In this document: piece after piece, positions 60,001-64,000 of the stretch | How positions within the stretch are numbered: position 1 is the stretch's first letter | Layout: each line of letters opens with the position of its first letter | From: Squalus acanthias | Taxonomy: Eukaryota | Reading direction: 5' to 3' | Assembly (NCBI GenBank): GCA_030390025.1 | Contig: CM059431.1 | Coordinates: forward strand, 32,054,001-32,118,000 | Length of the DNA stretch: 64,000 bases | Notes under the pieces: generated by a model | Told to the model about the DNA's origin: nothing | Databases searched by the model: none | What the model saw: only the letters and a program-made list of their open reading frames with translations | Made by a program: the position numbers and the translations under genes

Positions 60001-62182
60001 AAAAGGCAGCAAAAAATAACAAAAAGATTGATTAAGAAAGGGAAGATAGATTATGAAAGTAAATTAGCAAAAAATATAAAAACAGATAGTAAGAGTTTTT
60101 ATAGTTATATAAAAAGAAAAAGGGTGGCTAAAGTAAATGTTGGTCCCTTAGAGGATGAGACCGGGAAATTAATGGTGGGAAATATGGAGATGGCAAAAAC
60201 ACTGAATGAATATTTTGTATCAGTCTTTACAGTAGAGGACACTAAGAATATCCCAACACTGGACAAACAGGGGGCTATAGGGGGAGAGGAGCTAAACACG
60301 ATCAAAATCACTAAGGAAGTGGTACTCGGTAAAATAATGGGACTCAAGGCGGATAAATCACCTGGACCTGATGGCTTACATCCTAGAGTCTTGAAGGAAG
60401 TGGCGGTAGGGATTGTAGATGCATTGGTAATAATTTTTCAAAACTCCCTGGATTCCGCTAAGGTCCCGGCAGACTGGAAAACTGCTAATGTAACACCCTT
60501 ATTTAAAAAGGGCAGTAGACAGAAGGCTGGTAACTATAGACCGGTTAGCCTAACATCTGTGGTAGGTAAAATTTTGGAGTCCATTATTAAGGAAACAGTA
60601 ACAGGACATTTGGATAATCATAATTTAATAGGACAAAGTCAGCATGGTTTTACGAAGGGGAAGTCATGTTTGACAAATTTGCTGGAGTTCTTTGAGGAAG
60701 TAACATATAGAGTGGATAAAGGGGAACCAGTGGACGTAGTGTATTTAGACTTCCAAAAGGCATTTGACAAGGTGCCACACAAAAGATTATTGCTTAAGGT
60801 AAAAATCACGGAATTGGGGGTAATATTCTGGCATGGATAGAGGATTGGCTATCTAACAGAAAGCAAAGAGTTGGGATAAATGGTTCATTCTCAGACTGGC
60901 AATCAGTAACTAGTGGTGTTCCACAGGGGTCAGTGCTGGGTCCCCAACTCTTCACAATCTATATTAACGATTTGGAGGAAGGGACCAAGTGTAACATATC
61001 AAAATTTGCAGATGATACAAAGATGGGAGGGAAAGTAGTGAATGAGGAGGACATAAAAAACCTGCAAGGGGACATAGACAGGCTAAGTAAGTGGGCAGAG
61101 ATTTGGCAGATGGAATACAACACTGGAAAGTGTGAGGTGATGCACTTTGGCAGGAAAAATCCTAGAGCAATTTATTATCTTAATGGCAAGAAACTGGAGA
61201 GTACTGAAGTGCAAAGGGATCTGGGGGTCCTGGTGCACGAAACTCAAAAGGTTAGTATGCAGGTGCAGCAAGTGATTAAGAAGGCAAATGGAATGTTGGC
61301 TTTCATTGCTAGGGGGATAGAATATAAAAATAGGGAGGTATTGCTTCAGTTGTACAAGGTATTGGTGAGACCGCACCTGGAATACTGCATACAGTTTTGG
61401 TGTCCTTACTTAAGGAAAGACATCCTTGCTCTCGAGGCAGTGCAAAAAAGGTTCATTCGGTTAATCCCGGGGATGAGGGGGTGGTCATATGAGGAGAGGT
61501 TGGGTAGATTGGGACTCTACTCATTGGAGTTCAGAAGAATGAGAGGCGATCTTATTGAAACATATAAGATTGTGAAGGGGTTGGATCGGGTGGATGCGGG
61601 GAGGATGTTCCCGATGACGGGTGAGACGAGAACTAGGGGACATAGTCTTAGAATAAGGGGCTGCTCTTTCAAAACTGAGATGAGGAGGAACTACTTCACT
61701 CAGAGGGTGGTAGGTCCATGGAATATGCTGCCACAAAAAGCTGTAGAAGCTACAACATTAATTAAATTTAAAACAGAAATAGACAGTTTCCTAGAAGTAA
61801 AGGGCATTAAGGGTTACGGGGAGCGGGCAGGAATTTGGACATGAGTCTAGGTTCGGATCGGTCATGGCCCTGTGGGTAGTGGAGCGGGCCCAGGGACTGT
61901 GTAGCCTGATTCTGCTCCTATTTCGTGTGTGCAATTCTGTTAGATGCAGGAGATGGTTCTGTGATAGATAGTAGATTGGCGGTTAGGATCAGATCAGCCA
62001 TGATCTTATTGAATGGCGGAGCAGGCTCGAGGGGCCGATTGGCCTACTCCTGCTCCTATTTCTTATGTTCTTATGTTCTTATCCCTCGTTGACATGATTT
62101 ACCTTTCTTTAGTATTCTTAAACAGTGGCCATTATTGTGATTCCAGATCTTCAGACATCCATCTCTTCCTCCTGTAATTAGT
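11826..62182 (-). CDS. WDR95: 3' part (13 coding exons) of a WD40-repeat gene of the WDR49/CFAP337/WDY-like family, probably WDR95; 5' exons are outside the window
   Basis: Hand-spliced exons 62103-62182, 57092-57146, 55436-55481, 52377-52436, 50882-51044, 46807-46902, 44643-44701, 42592-42733, 36100-36139, 35920-36008, 34459-34649, 21488-21582, 11826-12024 (1315 nt). All introns are GT-AG with matching phases and no internal stop. WD motifs include [44 protein letters not shown] and [33 protein letters not shown]. These run parallel to WDR49 as I recall it ([29 protein letters not shown]). The family call is solid; the WDR95 paralog name is from memory and needs BLAST or synteny. Confidence 0.8.
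12303..13056. mobile_element. Non-autonomous Harbinger-type MITE
   Basis: TIR GGGCTGGATTTT / AAAATCCAGCCC; 3-bp TSD ATC (12300-12302, 13057-13059). Confidence 0.9.
12585..12710. repeat. Short tandem repeat (~3 imperfect copies) inside the MITE
   Basis: unit resembles ccaccaccactcccagatatgtcatccatcctcccat. Confidence 0.85.
14860..16620 (+). mobile_element. Poly(A)-tailed non-LTR retrotransposon (CR1/Jockey-group family distinct from the neighbouring CR1s), frameshifted RT
   Basis: [52 protein letters not shown]; ends with AATAAA...gaatgaattttaaaaaaaa. Confidence 0.9.
16630..18470 (+). mobile_element. Decayed Harbinger (HARBI1-like) DDE transposase, interrupted by the MITE at 17141-18041
   Basis: 18045-18470 reads [30 protein letters not shown]..., [44 protein letters not shown]; ~16980 reads [11 protein letters not shown]. 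Confidence 0.85.
17141..18041. mobile_element. GC-rich Harbinger-type MITE
   Basis: TIR GGGGAGAAATTCAGT / ACTGAATTTTTCCCC (1 mismatch); probable TSD CAG; many subterminal GGCGC/GCGCC motifs; (CT)n at ~17647-17672. Confidence 0.75.
18475..19690 (+). mobile_element. Internal CR1 RT fragment
   Basis: ORFs 18497..18841, 18849..19079 and 19127..19573 are consecutive frameshifted RT blocks. Confidence 0.93.
20043..21247 (-). mobile_element. CR1 LINE with an internal deletion near the 3' end
   Basis: RT blocks in ORFs 21037..21243, 20811..21008, 20413..20691 and 20217..20480; tail (TTCTTATG) at 20043. Confidence 0.93.
21488..21582 (-). CDS. WDR95: WD40 gene penultimate exon: [31 protein letters not shown](R)
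   Basis: acceptor ctatgattctag|, donor AG|gtaata; 95 nt, phase 0 to 2, which exactly bridges the flanking exons. Confidence 0.78.
21584..22915 (-). mobile_element. Old CR1 LINE whose 3' tail abuts the penultimate host exon; it resumes at ~29815-30110
   Basis: Tail ...gctgtaaaattctatgctctatgattcta; ORF 22364..22585 ([18 protein letters not shown]); the QGSVLGP/YINDL-like block is recognisable at ~29835-29900 on the minus strand. Confidence 0.8.
21745..22178 (-). mobile_element. HE1-type V-SINE (tRNA head, V core, CR1-derived tail)
   Basis: Head GGGCAACACGGTGGCATAGTGGTTAGCAC (A box) ...GGGTTCGAATC (B box); V core GTGGAGTTTGCACATTCTCCCCGTGTCTGCGTGGGTTTCCTCCGGGTGCTCCGGTTTCCTCCCAC; CR1-like tail with (TTCTATGT)n. 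Confidence 0.92.
24348..25254 (+). mobile_element. Penelope-like element, family B (GIY-YIG endonuclease end, 3' region with hammerhead, short inverted 5' arm)
   Basis: ORF 24548..24937 has NVVYLIRC..C...[15 protein letters not shown]...EQKLI...GLN; inverted arm 24348-24461; TSD ttcataaatagagg at 24332-24345 and 25255-25268. Confidence 0.93.
25273..27103 (+). mobile_element. Non-autonomous Harbinger element with Myb/SANT-like remnant
   Basis: TIR GGGCTGGATTTT / AAAATCCAGCCC; TSD ATA (25270-25272, 27104-27106); 25620-25830 reads [18 protein letters not shown]...AWLHIAQE...[11 protein letters not shown]. Confidence 0.9.
27498..29525 (-). mobile_element. Relatively young L2 LINE with an uninterrupted 480-aa RT ORF (27604-29046)
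   Basis: [67 protein letters not shown]; L2 3' end GGCGCTATATAAAT; probable TSD ataat. Confidence 0.96.
30232..32040 (-). mobile_element. Mosaic of CR1 fragments, including an ORF1 esterase / ORF2 endonuclease piece at ~31300-31905
   Basis: 3' end at 30232; 30585-31300 resembles positions 160-850; 31706-31905 reads [30 protein letters not shown] (CR1 ORF1 SGNH esterase); 31293-31480 reads [18 protein letters not shown]. Confidence 0.88.
32168..32372 (+). mobile_element. L2 3'-end fragment
   Basis: matches the reverse complement of 27500-27695 (ctccttaaaacctacctctttgaccaagc...gctatataaatgcaa). Confidence 0.85.
33385..34215 (+). mobile_element. RTE-clade (BovB-like) LINE 3' end
   Basis: ORF 33328..34110 has [55 protein letters not shown]; a C2H2-like end (CPTCDRDC...GLISHLRTH) lies in a shifted frame. 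Confidence 0.93.
34459..34649 (-). CDS. WDR95: WD40 gene exon: [64 protein letters not shown]
   Basis: acceptor ctctttgtaag|, donor AAG|gtttgt; 191 nt, phase 1 to 0; overlaps ORF 34378..34590. Confidence 0.9.
34975..35230. repeat. Purine-rich (GGA/GAG) low-complexity tract
   Basis: almost only G/A on the plus strand. Confidence 0.8.
35575..35762 (+). mobile_element. DeuSINE/SacSINE-like 3' fragment
   Basis: ttgctgtgtgcaaattg...cacttcaaaa...gtgctatataaatgcaag, matching 38620-38750. Confidence 0.7.
35920..36008 (-). CDS. WDR95: WD40 gene exon: [29 protein letters not shown]
   Basis: acceptor tttatgttccag|, donor G|gtaatt; 89 nt, phase 2 to 1; the preceding intron is only 91 bp. Confidence 0.93.
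36100..36139 (-). CDS. WDR95: WD40 gene exon: [13 protein letters not shown](C)
   Basis: acceptor ctttgttatag|, donor |gtatgt; 40 nt, phase 1 to 2. Confidence 0.9.
37021..37734. mobile_element. Harbinger-type MITE
   Basis: TIR GGCCCAAAAATTA / TAATTTCTGGGCC (1 mismatch); TSD ATT (37018-37020, 37735-37737); GC-rich ends and an AT-rich centre. Confidence 0.85.
38240..38757 (+). mobile_element. tRNA-derived DeuSINE (SacSINE1-like) with an L2-type tail; carries a hammerhead insert
   Basis: B box GGTTCAAATC; Deu-like core ctttctgatgaaatgttaaactgaggcccc..ctctcaggtggatgtaaaagatccc; tail gtgaaaggtgctata. Confidence 0.8.
38505..38594 (+). mobile_element. ~90-bp hammerhead-only unit of Penelope-like family A
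   Basis: ctgatgaaaggtcatcgacctgaaacgttaactc...ccagcgttttctgt flanked by TSD tattatctg (38499-38507, 38595-38603). Confidence 0.88.
39174..40494 (+). mobile_element. Penelope-like element, family A, with 531-bp inverted arms
   Basis: GIY-YIG ORF 39785..40114 ([30 protein letters not shown]...EQHLI..L..GLN); arms 39205-39735 and 39964-40494; TSD ctgttggactataac at 39159-39173 and 40494-40508. Confidence 0.95.
40392..40428 (+). ncRNA. Minimal type I hammerhead ribozyme motif, family A (mirror copy at 39271-39307, minus strand)
   Basis: AGUU-CUGAUGA-A-AGGUC-AUC-GACCU-GAAA-CG-UC-AACU: core boxes, 5-bp stem II, 4-bp stem I, loopless palindromic stem III (ACGU), GUC triplet. Confidence 0.85.
41059..42065 (+). 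mobile_element. Penelope-like element, family B, with ~330-bp inverted arms
   Basis: GIY-YIG ORF 41386..41721; arms 41059-41391 and 41697-42028; ~37-nt 3' extension to 42065; TSD tgttttct at 41051-41058 and 42066-42073. Confidence 0.95.
41941..41975 (+). ncRNA. Minimal hammerhead ribozyme motif, family B (mirror copy at 41112-41146, minus strand)
   Basis: UAC-CUGAAGA-A-GGAGC-AGA-GCUCC-GAAA-GC-UC-GUA; palindromic stem III AGCU. Confidence 0.82.
42592..42733 (-). CDS. WDR95: WD40 gene exon: [47 protein letters not shown]
   Basis: acceptor tttctatctcttcag|, donor |gtaaga; 142 nt, phase 0 to 1; overlaps ORF 42497..42727. Confidence 0.93.
44643..44701 (-). CDS. WDR95: WD40 gene exon: [20 protein letters not shown]
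   Basis: acceptor ttttgtgctcatatag|, donor |gtgagt; 59 nt, phase 1 to 0. Confidence 0.9.
45290..46560 (+). mobile_element. Decayed L2 LINE
   Basis: [47 protein letters not shown]. Confidence 0.9.
46657..46772 (+). mobile_element. Old, degenerate Penelope family A-like tail with a decayed hammerhead
   Basis: gtgatgcaaagggtctacaattgaaactttaactt...cagatgttgacag..tgtgtatttccagcattttctgttattgtttcagatttgcagc aligns to 53862-53972. Confidence 0.6.
46807..46902 (-). CDS. WDR95: WD40 gene exon: [32 protein letters not shown]
   Basis: acceptor ttcacacag| (tandem NAGs follow), donor AG|gtaagc; 96 nt, phase 1 to 1. Confidence 0.88.
47331..47710 (+). mobile_element. CR1 3'-end fragment
   Basis: [30 protein letters not shown] plus a 3' UTR ending tggcctactcctgttcctatg. 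Confidence 0.9.
47750..50243 (+). mobile_element. Decayed L2 LINE (endonuclease to 3' end, with deletions), containing a SINE at ~48805-49222
   Basis: ALSETWL at ~47960; [16 protein letters not shown] at ~49745; L2 3' end ggcactatataaatgcaaattgttg. Confidence 0.8.
48805..49222 (-). mobile_element. DeuSINE/SacSINE1-like SINE
   Basis: Reverse complement of the 38240-38757 family (ggttcaagtcccactccagagacttga..cagtactgagggagtgctgc...ttaaaccgaggccccgtctgcc). Confidence 0.85.
50882..51044 (-). CDS. WDR95: WD40 gene exon: [54 protein letters not shown]
   Basis: acceptor tctcttcctag|, donor G|gtaaaa; 163 nt, phase 0 to 1; contains a complete GH...WN WD repeat. Confidence 0.95.
52377..52436 (-). CDS. 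WDR95: WD40 gene exon: [20 protein letters not shown]
   Basis: acceptor ttttctttgtctggtccag|, donor |gtaagg; 60 nt, phase 0 to 0. Confidence 0.88.
53193..53997 (+). mobile_element. Penelope-like family A, 5'-truncated, somewhat older
   Basis: GIY-YIG ORF 53350..53757 with a late frameshift; hammerhead variant at 53862-53898 (CUGAAGA..GGGUC-CCA-GACCU-GAAAUGUU). Confidence 0.93.
55436..55481 (-). CDS. WDR95: WD40 gene exon: [15 protein letters not shown]
   Basis: acceptor cctttgcag|, donor |gtgagt; 46 nt, phase 2 to 0. Confidence 0.9.
55720..56200 (+). mobile_element. Old CR1 3' fragment
   Basis: remnants [30 protein letters not shown]. Confidence 0.75.
56290..56885 (-). mobile_element. Harbinger Myb/SANT-like remnant with one TIR-like end
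   Basis: ORF 56300..56671 has [12 protein letters not shown]...QWGMVAEVA....[14 protein letters not shown]; aatccagccc at ~56876-56885 matches the GGGCTGGATT TIR. Confidence 0.7.
57092..57146 (-). CDS. WDR95: WD40 gene exon: [18 protein letters not shown](K)
   Basis: acceptor ttcttattatag|, donor |gtgagt; 55 nt, phase 1 to 2. Confidence 0.88.
58202..59519 (+). mobile_element. Penelope-like family A, longest copy (RT thumb, linker, GIY-YIG)
   Basis: ORF 58201..59049 has [43 protein letters not shown], the CxxxxCxxC linker and YIGET; premature stop at 59047; TSD ccagagatagt at 58191-58201 and 59520-59530. Confidence 0.95.
59416..59452 (+). ncRNA. Minimal hammerhead ribozyme motif, family A
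   Basis: AGUU-CUGACGA-A-AGGUC-UUC-GACCU-GAAA-CG-UU-AACU. Confidence 0.85.
59790..62082 (+). mobile_element. Young CR1 LINE (2.3 kb, 5'-truncated); ORF2 broken by a single frameshift near 60805
   Basis: ORFs 59716..60840 and 60933..61844 give a nearly complete RT; (TTCTTATG)n tail ending ~20 bp from the host exon donor at 62101-62102. Confidence 0.97.
62103..62182 (-). CDS. WDR95: WD40 gene exon: (R)[26 protein letters not shown]
   Basis: acceptor tatactgtag|, donor AAG|gtaaat; 80 nt, phase 2 to 1. Confidence 0.92.
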
Positions 62183-62717
62183 CTACAGTATAAAAAGGTT
62201 ATTGTTGAGCTTCCATGTCACAATGTATTAGAAGAGCTCAAGATTGCAAACCCTCACCTCCTTCCACTGTCGTCAAAAGCCATGCAGCAAATGGCAGAAT
62301 CACCATGAGCTCCACTGAATTCAAATGTAAGGTTTCCTGTGTCAAGGTCCCAGACTTTGATCACCTGGATGAAAGCACACACAATTTATGTTTCACTTTG
62401 CTTCTTTTCTTAATAAGGGTTTTACTGATTTTTCAAGAATATAAATTCAGCTATAATTTTTTGAATTAATTGTACATTTTGATTAAACTAGCAGATCTCC
62501 TGTGGCATTGCTCATAGTGAGTGACAGGAGTTGTTATTTTAGAATAATAGGGGTGTTTATGTCATGTAGGGCTCAAGACCAGGGCCACTGATTTACAGCG
62601 AGTGAATAAATCAAATTCAATTAAAAGTAATTCTGGGGTTTTCCTACTGCTTTGGGGATTGAATTCCACAACACTCTCCATTATTCTGTGGCTCTGAGTT
62701 TTCTTTATTTTATATTT

Positions 62718-63678
62718 ATATTCCTTTGCCCATATTATCCCTTACCATTCTTAAAGATGAGAATACACAGAAAGATGGCATACAAGATGCATCAATTGAA
62801 GGTTAAAAAAACTGCTAAATAGTAGTACTGGGGAGTGAAATTTAGATGCACTTGTAGGTGGTTCTGCTGTTTGATGGCAATGGTGGCAGTCCTGGGCTTT
62901 GGGGGCGCTGGAGAACAGTTTGGCAGAACTGGGGTGGGGATTCCCCTTGAGTTTATATCCCGGACCATCCCCTGTATTATGATCCGGTTCAGTCCATTCC
63001 CTGGAGTTTAAATCCTGGACCATCCCCGTATTATGACCCGGTTCAGTCCATTCCCTGGAGTTTATATCCTGGACCATCCCCTGTATTATGACCCGGTTCA
63101 GTCCATTCCCTGGAGTTTATATCCTGGACCATCCCCTGTATTATGATCCGGTTCAGTCCATTTTCCTGGAGTTTAAATCCTGGACCATCCCCTGTATTAT
63201 GACCCGGTTCAGTCCATTCCCTGGAGTTTATATCCCGGTCCATCCCCTGTATTATGACCCGGTTCAGTCCATTTTCCTGGAGTTTATATCCTGGACCATC
63301 CCCTGTATTATGACCCGGTTCAGTCCATTCCCTGGAGTTTATATCCCGGACCATCCCCTGTATTATGACCCGATTCAGTCCATCCCCTGGAGTTTATATC
63401 CCGGACCATCCCCTGTATTATGACCCGGTTCAGTACATTCCCGGGAGTTTATATCCCGGACCATCCCCTGTATTATGACCCGGTTCAGTACATTCCCGGG
63501 AGTTTGATGCCACCATTGCCATCAACAGCAGAACCATCTACAAGTGCATCTAAACTTCACTCCCCAGTACTACTATATAGCAGTTGTTTTTAACCTTCAA
63601 TTGATGCATCTTGTATACCATTTCTCTGTGTATTCTCATCTTTAAGAATGGTAAGGGACAATATGGGCAAAGGAATAT
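62718..63678. repeat. Fold-back structure with ~170-bp inverted arms (62718-62888, 63508-63678)
   Basis: atattcctttgcccatattatcccttaccattcttaaagatgagaatacacag...gatggcaatggtggca mirrored by tgccaccattgccatc...ctcatctttaagaatggtaagggacaatatgggcaaaggaatat. Confidence 0.9.
62949..63505. repeat. Minisatellite, 10 copies of a 54-56-bp unit
   Basis: unit gagtttatatccYggaccatcccctgtattatgacccggttcagtccattccctg; starts at 62949, 63004, 63058, 63113, 63169, 63224, 63280, 63335, 63390, 63445. Confidence 0.97.
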
Positions 63679-64000
63679 TTTGACTGTACTGCTGTGGGGA
63701 TGCTGGAGTTTGGCAACATGGGGGAAGGGGTCCTTCGTTCAGGCATCAATGTGGAGAGAACCTGGAGTTTGGCAGAACTCGAAGGTAAAATTGAGATTTG
63801 GCACAACTAGAATACAAGTACTACAAATGTCAGGGCTGCCCTAGATATTCTCTTGGGTCACGTGTCACCAGTCTCGCCCATAAGCAGACATTGTGCCACA
63901 TAGGATTAGGAGTTTATTTTCACTACGCAATATCAAGATGATCAATAGGATGACCCAGGGTGTAGCAATGAGACCCTTTGCAACATGAACTGGATAACAG

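Noticed and set aside
62751-63423. Repetitive ORFs (MVQDINSREWTEPGHNTG...) as a protein gene
   Set aside because: These are translations of the 55-bp minisatellite; the unit is not a multiple of 3 and no splice context supports them.
62949-63505. Regular repeat array as a CRISPR
   Set aside because: Units are contiguous with no unique spacers, there are no cas genes, and the context is a vertebrate intron; it is a minisatellite.

Overview
Vertebrate genomic DNA, almost certainly from a cartilaginous fish (shark): it carries an HE1/V-SINE, SacSINE/DeuSINE-type SINEs and abundant CR1, L2, RTE, Penelope and Harbinger relics. Most of the window is transposon-derived. The single host gene is on the minus strand and is largely missed by the ORF track. 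I traced its last 13 coding exons by hand (62182 down to 11826; all GT-AG, phases consistent, ~438 aa, stop TAA at 11826-11828). They encode the C-terminal WD40 part of a WDR49/CFAP337-family protein, most likely WDR95; the 5' part lies beyond the window end. The most notable signal is two families of Penelope-like elements carrying minimal hammerhead ribozymes. They occur as long inverted-arm (fold-back) insertions and as ~90-nt ribozyme-only units, and all eight intronic insertions face antisense to the host gene. Also seen: a splice acceptor supplied by a CR1 3' tail, a locally templated CR1 fragment inside a Harbinger element, a young CR1 family with a doubled 3' module, a clean 1.5-kb solo LTR, and a fold-back element enclosing a 55-bp minisatellite. 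All family names come from motif recognition, not database searches.
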